A stretch of 63,231 nucleotides of DNA, filler included, from Aduncisulcus paluster (lineage: Eukaryota), in NCBI GenBank assembly GCA_024181965.1. It is 8 parts of 8 records of this genome, joined end to end, with 100 filler letters (N's around TTAATTAATTAA, not from the genome) between each part and the next. Parts side by side here need not be neighbours in the genome. Positions count along the whole stretch, not along the records: positions 18,395 to 27,225 come from BQXS01011708.1; positions 27,326 to 33,951 come from BQXS01011710.1; 6 more parts are not named here. One strand, written 5' to 3'. The translations under genes were made by a program, and so were the position numbers. Positions 18,395 to 30,300 of this stretch are shown piece after piece (within the stretch, counting starts at the first letter, position 1; each line of letters opens with the position of its first letter). Under the pieces are notes generated by a model. It worked only from the letters and a program-made list of their open reading frames with translations, searched no databases and was not told the origin of the DNA.

Positions 18395-21300
18395 GATCCC
18401 TGGGTTCTTCTTGAAAGGGAAAGGATGCAAAGAGAATTGAAGGAGAGGGCAGAATTGAAGCGACAGAAAGACCTTGAATGGCAAGAGAGACAAAAGATAC
18501 AATCAAAGAGGTACTCAGAAATGGAAGGGAAAGTCATGAAACAAGCTCATTCACAAATATTAACTTCCTTGAAGGATGATTTGGCCTTGAGTGAGACTAT
18601 TCGACAACAACAAACTCACAACAAAAATGATGAGAATATGAATACTGCTGACCTTGATTGTGTTGATAAGGAATGTCAGAAAGATAATATGAATGAATTT
18701 GAGCAAGAGAAGAAGAAAAAGAATGAAGAAGAAGAAGAAGAAGAAAAATCAAGAAAGGTCAAGAAAAGTCAAAAGTCGAAGGATAAAAGAAGATCTGACA
18801 AAAAGGGAAAGAAATCTTCAACTCATAAAAGGTTTAAGCACATATATTTTGGTAAGGAAGGTCTCTGTGATTCTCGGAAAGATGCAGTGATACAAAAGGA
18901 AAAAAAAGAAGAAGAAAAAGAATGAAGAAGAAGAAGAAGAAGAAAAATCAAGAAAGGTCAAGAAAAGTCAAAAGTCGAAGGATAAAAGAAGATCTGACAA
19001 AAAGGGAAAGAAATCTTCAACTCATAAAAGGTTTAAGCACATATATTTTGGTAAGGAAGGTCTCTGTGATTCTCGGAAAGATGCAGTGATACAAAAGGAA
19101 AAAAAAGAAGAAGAAAGACAAAAATTGGATCAGATAAAGAAGGAAGAAGAACAAAAGGATGCCGAACTCTCTTCAATTGTCAATTCTTTCCTCAAAAAAC
19201 CCATTCCAAAGTCTTCTACATCAGCTCATACCATCGCAACATCATCGGATATATCCAAAAATAGATCATTGAGAAAGAGTGATGCTGCTATTGATCATTC
19301 TCAACAAAGACTTGATGATATTCCCAATCATGTTTCTGATAGCATACCTAACCCTGACTTGCATTCCTCTTTTCCTCCAAAGATCCATGATAGCCATCCT
19401 ATAAATAATCCTTCTTCTCCCTTGTCTCCTTCATCCGCTCAAAGCCTCACACAGTCCAACCACTATGGAGATCACAATGGAGATCACTATGGAGATCACA
19501 ATGGAGATCACAATGGAGATCACAATGGAGATCTGGAGTCTGAAGTTATATTTGAAGACGATGAGCGGATTGATGTATCTCCTCCCCAACATCATATTCA
19601 GAGCTTCACAACTGGACCTGCTTTTCACGTAAGTTCTATGGCCATCACGTCTGCCCAATCTCTTGCGTTACATTGGAGGGATGAGAAAGGAAGTGTTCAT
19701 CGGGCAGAAGCGCATCGCAGGAAAAAGATGGAAGAGAAAAAGAGAAAAGAACATCAACAAAATGTTCTGGACGGAAAAGAGAAAAGCTATCATGGATTCT
19801 TGGCTGTTCGTGGAAGTATTAGAGTTGAAGATCATTTCCAAGCCCAAGTGAAGAAGAGGGAAGAGCATGAAGCCCAGAAAAAGAAGAGAATGGAAGCCAA
19901 ACGAATAGATCATGAAAAAAGGAAAGAACAACGTCGAAAAGAGAAGATTGAAGCCAAATTGACTCTTTCTGCTCTTCAAACCGGAGAAAACACAGGAAAT
20001 GACGGAGATTACTCAGAAAGTTCCTTCGATGATGATGAGTTCTCTCGTAGTGATGGTTCAGAAGCTTCTTCGTCCTTCTCTTTTGCTTCATTTGAATCCG
20101 ACCCTGATAATGGGATAATTGACCCTCTTAATAACACTCATGCCCTGGAGGACCACTCTCCAACGAAAATGGAGGCCACTTTTAAAGAACTTGCCGATGA
20201 AATCGAACAGAAGAAACGACAGAAGAAATGTGACCGTGAACAACGAGAGAAAGAAGAGAAGCGTCGTCTTGAGCAAATAAGGTTAAGAAAAAGACTTGAA
20301 GCACAACAAGAGGAGGAAGAGCAAGAACGTGTCTCGATGGAACACTCTTCCTCCGAAAGTTCCCACGAATCTTCTGACTTCATGACTAAGAAAGACATTC
20401 GTGCTTCGAGGCCCGCAAAGATACATTCTTTCTTTCCAAATGTATCAGGAATGTCCTTCTTTTCATCATATAAACCATACTCCTCCTTTGGTGGCTCAGA
20501 TCTTGTCATTGCTTCAGGAAATTCCTCTTCTTATGCTCAGCAAGGCTTGGAATCTCTTCCACCAATTCCACCTTCTTTGACGATAACTTCCACGATCAAA
20601 CCGGGGAAACCTATTTTAAGCCTCATGAGAAAGAGTCGTGGAGGAAGCACGATGGTGTTCAACAAGGCTTTGCATCCCCCTTCTGATTCGGCAGCTACCG
20701 GTGTTTCATCTGCTTTCTCCCGGTTTCAGGCGAAGAAGATGGCCGGTGTGATTGGTTCCACCAGTCATTGTCCTGATGGTAAGATCTTGCCCTCCTCAAA
20801 GACTGCCACCTCTATCTTGATCGATACAAACAGGAATCGGATGGGAAGTGCCGGATGGGGTGGTGAAGAAGGATGGGGAGGGTGTCAAGGGATTCGTCAT
20901 GGTATCAGAACGTCTGGAGTCGGACTTGTTGGTGGAGCTGGGCGTCTTGTTCCCCCTCGGTCGGCTTCTTCATCTTCGCGGCCACGATTGCCATTCATGG
21001 ATGTCAGTATTCGACATTCAAACCCTTTCAAAAAAGATGGCACAATTGATTTAGAGGTTGCTGATTCCCCACACTTATCCTTGAGTTCACTTGGTAGGGT
21101 GGAAGTTTTTGGATTGAGAAATAAGGATATCAGAAAGTCTTCCATACTCCAAAATAACACATCTATGGATTCAGAAATGAAGAAGAAAAACAAAAAGAAG
21201 AAGAAAATGAACAAAAAGTTTGAGAGAGGAAGTGTTGGAAAGAAAGATGATCACAAAAAAGCTAAATCAGAAGAAGGGTGGAAAAGCATTGAAGATATCG

Positions 21301-21995
21301 AGAAATCAACGACCAAATCCAATCGTTCTTCCTCGGTTGGATTCCGGCATTCTTCCTTTGCATATTATTCCGATACTCCACATTTTTCATTGACTCAGAA
21401 GTACCTTCGGGATCAGTATAAACATGAATCTCTACGACAGCGACTACAACTCGAGCAGACAATGAGTCATTCATCTCCTTTATCGACGTTATCAAGCAGA
21501 TCTCCACTGGTATTGCAAGAACAATTGTCTGAGCCATCAGGAGATGATGTATTTAAAGAGAAGAGAAGAATTGATGACACGCCTTTGGTTATGCCATCGC
21601 CTTCCAATTCTTATTTATTCCAGACTCCTACTGGTGGTGTTCATCGGCCATCCACAGCCTCAGGAAGTATGGCACAGTTCAGCAGTACAGTGTCAAAGAA
21701 AGATGATCGAAGGAGAGATTGTACTATAAATGGACCAAGGAAGAAAAAGGTTCAAGAGAGGAAAGGAAAAGATGTAGCTGCGTCAACTATACCGAAGAGA
21801 CCAAAGACAATGGCTTCATGTGGGTCAATACTTCACAGAGCACTCAGAAATAGTCAGACAATTCAATCATTAACAAAGAATATTTTGGATCATTCCTTTG
21901 ATAGTTCAATAGGATCAAAAAGTATCAAACCGACCCCTCCACAACATCCAAAAATGGGCAAAAAACTCATTAGAAAGGGTAGAAATGTCAAATAA
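18395..21995 (+). CDS. Low-complexity charged/Ser-rich coiled-coil protein, probably 5'-partial; broken by a ~200-nt tandem duplication
   Basis: ORFs 18425-18925 and 19086-21995 are joined by a near-exact repeat (~18718-18917 = ~18916-19115); contains a 12-nt repeat encoding H[YN]GD x6 at 19461-19532. Confidence 0.7.
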
Positions 21996-22314
21996 TTTCT
22001 TGGATTGGGTCTTAGTGGTGATTTGCCAATGCATTTCCTATATCATAATAAAATGTCCTAATTTTTTAATTAAAAAAGCGATTAAGAAATTATTTTATCA
22101 CTAGCACGTCATTTAGCGTTAAAAATGAATAAAAAAAAATTGTGAGATCGATTTCCATGAAATTTTCCGGTACACCTTCTCCGACCGCTTCTTCTGGGTG
22201 ATTAAAGGCCACATTATCTTTATTGAAAGATTGGGGTTCAATCTATTTATATCTCATCACAGTCAGCCTGCTCGTTACCTTGATTTGCATATTGGTCGTT
22301 ATTTGATTACAATC

Positions 22315-23091
22315 ATGTGTTGTTGTGCTTCTTTACCAAGTTTATTCATCTTTGGTTTCTTATGTGGAACCTCTCTTAGTATTGGAGGGTCTGTTTTACT
22401 CGAAAACTATGGAGAGCCCACTGATACTTGGGGCTGGTATGGCTTTGGTGGCTGTTTGATATCTTTTGGTGTCGGAATAATTTGTCTCCTTCTTCTGATA
22501 TTCTCTTGTCGTAATCGGAATCAACAAACAGATGATTCAACTGTGTGTCTCTTGTCCAAGAATGGATTTGTTTCCTTTTTCTATTGTCTTCCTGGTGCTG
22601 GATATATAATTCCATTATTCTGGCTTGGGGAAGATATTGGTTCACCTTTAAGTGATCAATTAATTCCTATCCTATGTTTTTCAGTTTTATTACTCATTTC
22701 CATAATAGTTTCGATTGTTAATCACAAACAACTTATCAATTTGAGGGACATAGCGCTTGAAGCACGTTTCAAGTAAGAGTGAGTTTATGTATAGGGCGGC
22801 AACTCACTCACCTGTGGATTGGACTAAAAATACCTATGAAGAAGTCACACTACGCTGAAACCACAATTTGGTTGGAAGACATCTATAACGGATGCTCGTG
22901 GACAACTATCCGTCCTGATGACTCAATGTCGAATGGAAGCGGAAAAGAAGGTCACAGAGGTACAGGCGGCTTTGGAGGCGGAGAAAAAGAAGGAACTCCT
23001 CGACGGAACAGGAAAAATGTGGTGTATGGGCTTTACACCCCCTAACAAATTAAATGGAGAGAAAGAAAGAGTCTCCCAACTTGTTCAGTGA
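22315..23091 (+). CDS. Multi-pass membrane protein (~4 TM) with probable C-terminal coiled coil via a 69-nt intron (22773-22841)
   Basis: Four hydrophobic segments in ORF 22198-22776; the same frame reopens after 22840 (MEAEKKVTEVQAALEAEKKKELL); all intervening stops lie within GTAAGA...GACTAAAAATACCTATGAAG. Confidence 0.6.
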
Positions 23092-23192
23092 GAAATATCA
23101 AAGTAATGAGAAAGATGGTCACTCACATGCGCCCTAAAGTTGCACCAGCCAGTGAGGATAAGACTTAGTCTGCATAGGCTATGCCAAAACCC

Positions 23193-23214
23193 ATACTGTA
23201 CTATACTGTACTAT
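23193..23214 (+). repeat. Short TACTG/TACTA pentamer repeat
   Basis: ATACTGTACTATACTGTACTAT, same motif as the 3892-3912 arm. Confidence 0.8.
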
Positions 23215-23685
23215 CTAAATGAGAGGAAAGGAAAAGAAAAAGGAACAGAGAGTGGCGAAAATGAATCAGACCACATCCAAGACGACAGCTTCGTCCGATA
23301 AATAATGATATCGTTTGTATCTCGCCGCGAGATAGGTATGATGCCTCGGAGGTGGCACATCTATTATCTCGTGAATTAGATCTAGAGAAATATCTAATAT
23401 AAATGTTTGAATATTGTTGAATTTTTCTTCAATTATGTTGAAGTATGTTTCAAGTAAGAATGAGTATATAGGACGAAGATCTTAGCACAAATAAATCCGT
23501 CGATTCTTCATGTTGTATCTCCTTGATTGGAATAATTTTTTGGAAGTTTTCTGGATTATTATTTCTGTATATTGTAAATTAAATATATATATTGTGTTAA
23601 AATTGTCTTAGAATTAAGAAATCATAGTAAATTCCTCACTTAGCGTTTTTCTCGACAATATAAAAAGTTGATCCATAATTCATAC

Positions 23686-26600
23686 ATGAAAGAATCTCTA
23701 AAAACGTTGGATCTATCACATCAAAAGCTAAGACGGTTTCCTTTGCAAAAGATAAGTCGTGAGCTAGAATATTTGTATATTTCCCATAATAAGCTATCTA
23801 CCCTTAGTCTATACGCCCCAAATTTATTATTGTTAGATTTATCATACAATCAAATTGAATCCGAAGAGTTAAGTTCACTCTCTTCTTTTCCTTTCTTGGA
23901 AGAGTTGTTTTTATCGCATAATAAGATTACTACGTTGAATGAATTCCCTGAACTTAAATGTCTTCGCACATTATCATTAGGAAATAATCCAATTAAGACG
24001 TTACGAGGCCTTCCCTCACTTCCAGAACTTCGGTCTCTTCATCTCACGAAAACCAAAATTTCCACTTTCGATTCAATGCCATTTTTCCCAAAAATCACGA
24101 CTATTCGCTTGGCCGATACTCCCTTATCGCGATCTATTCATGTAGCTTACCCATATTATGTTATTATATTACAATCCAATACCCTTCGGTTCGTCGACGA
24201 TAAACGACTTTCAGAGGAAGATAAGAAGATAGCACAACAGAGTATTCCTCCTCAACTTATTCCTGCCCTTTTGAATGGGAAATTACCCCCTGCAACTTCT
24301 GAGGAAATATCATCGATGACCGCGAATTTAATATCCATGAAACATGCTAAAATGTCCANNNNNNNNNNNNNNNNNNNNGAACTTCGGTCTAAGACTTCCG
24401 AACAGTTATCAAATGCTAAGTTTTTCAAATTCGGGAATGAAATTGATTTAATTTAATTTAATTACTTTTAGTGATTCATTTCAGAACTACATGTGGTGAT
24501 ATTGACGACAAAGAGGAAGACGAAGTATCTNNNNNNNNNNNNNNNNNNNNGGAAGAGTTGTTTTTATCGCATAATAAGATTACTACGTTGAATGAATTCC
24601 CTGAACTTAAATGTCTTCGCACATTATCATTAGGAAATAATCCAATTAAGACGTTACGAGGCCTTCCCTCACTTCCAGAACTTCGGTCTCTTCATCTCAC
24701 GAAAACCAAAATTTCCACTTTCGATTCAATGCCATTTTTCCCAAAAATCACGACTATTCGCTTGGCCGATACTCCCTTATCGCGATCTATTCATGTAGCT
24801 TACCCATATTATGTTATTATATTACAATCCAATACCCTTCGGTTCGTCGACGATAAACGACTTTCAGAGGAAGATAAGAAGATAGCACAACAGAGTATTC
24901 CTCCTCAACTTATTCCTGCCCTTTTGAATGGGAAATTACCCCCTGCAACTTCTGAGGAAATATCATCGATGACCGCGAATTTAATATCCATGAAACATGC
25001 TAAAATGTCCATTGTGAGCGATGGGGAGTGTGAGGGGACAGTGATGGTTGGTGGAAGTCTCACAATCTCTGTGTGTGGTTATGACCTGATGTACGAAGTT
25101 AAAGTTGATCCCGCCGAGGAAATGGAAGATGAAGAAACTGGTGTCCAAGCTGACCCTAACATTCCAACCTCCCTCTTCCTCTTCTCCTCTTCGTCTTTCT
25201 CTGACCATTCAGCCAGCTCTGGATCAACTGTCTCCACCCATTCTTCCTCTCCTGCACCTTTCATTGCTCTCATTGATTGGTACAAATACCACCATCATAA
25301 TCCTCCAAAACATGTGACAATGTCTTCAGCGGATCCTGGATGCGATGCTCTGACTCGTGGGGGAGTTGTCCATGTTGTCGAGAAAGATATCGGATGTTGC
25401 TTTGGTGCTTCTTTGCATGCATCGAGATTACATGTTCCAATCCACGAAATGCTCCCAAAATTGGGTGAAACAATGACCGAACATGGCTACGAATCAACAA
25501 CACCATTCAAATCCCTTGGCGTTGAAAGAGAACGAACTCTCCACACAAAGACTTCACAAGGTTATGAATATATTGTCAAGAAAATTCCATCCATGTCAGC
25601 TGAAACTGGTTCATCGGGTTCCTTTTCGATGCCTAACATTCAAAATGATCCTCTTTTTTTCTCTTTTCCTCCATCCCAGAGTGAATCTGATGAAAGCGGA
25701 AAAGATGGAAAAGGTCATTCTTTATCATCAACTTCATCGTTTCTTCATGTTCTTCCCAATGCTTTCGTTAACCCGGCCCCTCATTTGCCCGGAAGTGGGC
25801 TGGATGGCATGGATGTTTCTTCTGGAGATATGATGAGTGGACAGTTTAGTTCTCTTGTCGACAAACACCAATTACATGTGTCATCTTCTCCTTCTCCTTC
25901 TTCTTCCACGTCACGGTCTTCCTCTAACTCTTCCCTTCACAGGCCATCCGATACTCTTATTCAGAATGATTCTTACCAAGGGTGTGTGTACATCTCCCGT
26001 TCTTTGTTCTCTTCTCTCCTCAAGGAAATCGAGCTATCGCCGGATTACAGAAGTATATTTTCACATACAACCCAGAAAGCTCCTCCGACAGTGTCGACTC
26101 TGACTATCACTTGTCCCGCTGTCATCGGGGAGACGATAGGAGTCGAGATAAGAGGACATTCGATGAACGGAGGGTTTATCGAATGGTTTAGGTCTCGAAA
26201 CACATCCATGCATGACTATCCTTCCTTCAAGGATGTATTGTTTACCAAACTTGAAAAACATGGGACTGGTTCGTATTGTGAAAGGTCATTGCGTCACATA
26301 TATGACAATGAATCCAGTGAGAATATCAAGAACTCTCTACTCGAAGTGTTTTATGATGAATCCTTAATCAATTCTTCCGATACTTTTGGGTCTAGCTTCG
26401 AGCGAGTATGTATATCTCGATTCAGGGAAGAACCATCTCCCTTTTCTGAATCACATGACTGCTCACGACAATCTCCTTTCCTTTTCACAATACCATCGTC
26501 GATGAAAGGGCAGGTGTTATGGGTCAAAGTGACTCCTCAAAACATCTCTCTCGATTCAAACGGACTGGAAGTGAGGGAGAATGGTGGCAGTGTGTGGTGC

Positions 26601-27225
26601 TGTGGTGGATTCGTACACCCAGAGACTGGATATTATCCTATAGGTCTTCAACTGAGCGTGGATAGGAGGATTCGAAGCAGAGACCGTGGGTTCGAGTCCG
26701 GGCCTCTCCCGGATATTGTCTTGGATTCTATTCCACTTCACTACCTTTCTATTGCCGATTTATGTAGTGAGGAAGGAAGACAAGACGAGAGTCATCGAGT
26801 TACTGTCTTCGGTCTGCCCCTTTGTCCACATCTTGTGTATCCACACTCGACTTATATTGACATGACCTCTAATGTTCCCCCTTCCTTCAAATTCATGTAT
26901 GGGCAAAAGCAACTTAATGCACAAGAGAAGCAAGAATCTGTGGTGAAAGAAGGTGATATGCTAAAAATATCCGAAGTATTTTTAGGCCAGGCAAAAGGGG
27001 TTTGTGGAGATTCTATATGGTGGAAAGAAGAGCATAAGGAACATGTGACAACATCTGAAACCTTAGATCAATGGGAGAGAAGAAAAGAGGAAAACCCAGA
27101 GTCGGCGGATCTATCTTATCTTGACCTCATTGGTGGTCGAGGTTTGTTCTCAATATTGGACAGTGATTCCTCAAAGAGAATAAGTGGTAAGAAAAGCTTT
27201 ATTTCGGAGCAGGACCGGAGATCTA
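23686..27225 (+). CDS. AIR9: AIR9-like microtubule-associated protein (LRRs followed by A9 Ig-like repeats); 3'-partial
   Basis: SDS22-like LRRs (LYISHNKL, LDLSYNQI, LFLSHNKI, LSLGNNPI); A9-like segments GTVMVGGSL, DIGCC, PPTVSTLTI..PAVIGETI, IEWFRS, GQVLWVKVTP, KEGDML; 23898-24358 duplicated at 24551-25011 around two gaps. Confidence 0.68.
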
Positions 27226-27324
27226 NNNNNNNNNNNNNNNNNNNNNNNNNNNNNNNNNNNNNNNNNNNNTTAATTAATTAANNNNNNNNNNNNNNNNNNN
27301 NNNNNNNNNNNNNNNNNNNNNNNN

Positions 27325-30300
27325 NGAGCAACATTCGGCACTGTTCTTCAACTTCATTGCGTACTTGAACCCAGTCTTTCACTTTCTCTTTCTCTGTTAA
27401 CTCGGCCAATTCAGGATATTTCTCGGCATTGGGTATTGTGTTCTTCTCTTTTGATGATCTGAGAGAATCGCCTGATCCATCACGACGCTCTTCTTCTTCC
27501 TCTTCCTCTTCTTCGCCAAACTCTCCATCAATATCCATCACAGAGTCACGATCACTCGTAGTTCCATCGATATCTTCTTCTTTCACGCTCCTTAGAGTCT
27601 TACTAGATCCTCCCATGCCTGCTCCTGAAAGACCTGCACCCTTAGATAACCCTTTCTTGGGATTCTTATCCTTTTGGTCTGGATGGTGGTCATAGTCAAT
27701 AGTTGGTTCTTCACCTTCCCTTTTCTTCTCATCTCGCTTCTGTTTCTTCCGTCTGAGCATCACAAAGTCGTCTGTCATCATATTCTTGGCCTCATCAATT
27801 GTTCCTTTCTTTCCTTCAGCCATCCAGGGCACTCTGACACGATGCATGGACATAATCTCACAGAAAACTCGCTTCCACTTATCCCATCTCTCACACAACA
27901 CGGCCAAGACGGGCAAGAACAGCCGGCGGGTGTATTTTCGGGTCTTTTCGCGGGAATTGTAAAGGATTGACACGTCTACACGGGTGATAAGCTTGACCAA
28001 GAAGTTGAGTGCAGTGTGTGAGGGCAATGATGGTCCGAATCCAAGGGTATTGTGAACGACAGAAGTGATAAATCTAAAGAATGGGAAGTGTTGAGCAATT
28101 GATTCGTTCAGATCAAGCAAGGAATGCATATGTTTAAGATGGTGATACGATCCACGGGTAGGGATAAGCAGTATACTGTCACATACAAGCGAAAGCATGG
28201 AGAATACAAGGTCATACGTCTCATTGGTGCTGTTTAAACGCTCATACGATTGTTCATTGTAGTCGATGTTGGCAAATTTGGGGCGCAATGGTTTCTTTGA
28301 GGTGGAAACAGAGTAAATTGGAGGGCAGAATGGGAATGGGGCGTTTGAAAATGAACTAGAACGTGTTCTGTGATGGGCTGCAGAATCACTTGAACGTCCT
28401 CCAAACCCGAGAATCTCACTATCATTCTCATCATCTTCATCTTCCTTTTCTTCTTCCTCTTCAAACTCCTTCCCAGAGCTGGCCAGTATCATTCCAACAA
28501 ACTCCTCGACACAAACGAGAATAGATGACACCAACCACGTATTCCTAAAGCAGGAGATCAGATCAGAGATGAAGGTTCCAATGGCACGGACGAGTGCACG
28601 GGCATTCTGAATGAGGATGGTGTGTTTTTTGGACAAAAACTTGAGGATATTCTTTTTGTACCCAGAGAACGAACCAGCAAATGGAATTAAGAGTACCAAT
28701 CTCACAAATAGAGCAAGTTCTCGCATTAAATACCTCAAACAACTAATCATTTCTTTTCCTGGGGTTTTGATCTGATTACCTGCTATGAATTGATCTTTGA
28801 TAGGTTCAATAGAGTTTATACAAATATCAAACAGGAACCACGAATACCTTCCTAAGAATGGAGTATGGAGAAAAGCTTTGGGAACTATTTTTGGACCACC
28901 GGAACCCCCAGCACCGGTGTGACTACTGCTACTTGTCTCACCCTCTCGAATAACCCGATCAGTTATAACTTGATTCCTCTCAGTCCTGAGCATCTTATAC
29001 ATGCTGTCCAGGACAACACTGACAGACACGCATCTCCCTTCGACACACATCACACAGCTGTCAAGGACACAGTGTCGCAGAGATGAGGCATCAGGGGCAG
29101 GCTGGAAAAATGGTAATGGGGATAACACGGAGAATGACGGATAGTTTGTCGATGAGGGAATGATGGTTGTCGTCGACATTGAGCGAGACTCCGAGGGTGA
29201 ACGAGTGTATGATCGTAACGTTGCACGCGCAGAGAGAGGACGACGCTGGGTGTTGATGGAGAGAGACGCAGTTGGAGAAGAGTTAGAGAGCGAAGAAGAG
29301 CTCCGGAAGTTATTCTTAGTCTGGACACGTTTCTTGCGGTTGACAACGACAGAGGAGGAAGGAGAACTTTGCTGAGAGGAAGATCCTTTCTTTCCTGCAG
29401 CTCCCCACACTTCATTCATGTCGTCCTCGATACCCTGGATAACATCGTCCATGACATTCTCTGTAATAGCCACTTTGGGCACTACGGGAGTCTTCCTCCT
29501 TGTCATGGGTTGTTTAGTTACATCAGGATGTCCCTTGAAATCCTTTTTATCCACATATACCCATCCTTCCTTCACAACATCCTGAATGGCCTCTCCATCA
29601 GTAGATTCCTCATCTTTCAAGTGTTGTTTGCTAGGGGTTGTTGACTGTGTAGATGGTTGTAGAAGGCGTCCATTTGAAGTCATTGGTCTTCCATCCTCTG
29701 GAACCACTCCTTCTGTTTCTCTCTCTCTTTCTCTTTCTCCCTCCCTCCAGGAAGGTTGATCGTCAAGATCTGATATGGAATCGCTGTACTTGTCAAATTC
29801 ACTATTGGAATCACCTTTTTTAATGAAAGGAGAAGCATTCTCCTGTATTTGAGAACGAGAGTGAGAAGAAGCAACAGGGAAAATGTCATCTGGGGAGTCA
29901 GAATCTAAATCAGACACATCTTCGATTGTCCCCACAATAGGATCTGAGGGAATTACTATATTAGTATGGTTATGATGATATATCTCTCTTCCTTCTCTCT
30001 CTACTTCTTCTTCTCCTTCTTCTTCTGATTCTTTTGTTTCTTTGATTTCTGTCACACTGACAATGGCTGCACTCTGATCTTTCTGAACAATCACTGTTTC
30101 TATCATTTGTTTATCACTGGAATAAGAACTATACTCTACTATATCATCCTCTTCTGCAGCCTCGAACACCGCATGGATGTCTGTTTTCACATCTGTCTTC
30201 CCATTCACATCTGTCTTCCCATTCACATCTATCTGGTTATTTTCTGTGACTGTTTTTTCTCTATTAATCTCTCCTTTCTTCTGCTCTCCTTCCTTCTGCT

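Noticed and set aside
23244..23260. U6 snRNA (ACAGAGA box; also ATTAGCATG at 13915)
   Set aside because: ACAGAGA and the AGC triad with internal stem-loop do not occur together at the right spacing at either site
24379..24530. 152-nt island inside the AIR9-like gene as an intron or insertion
   Set aside because: Bounded by two gaps and by duplicated flanks; most likely a misplaced small contig
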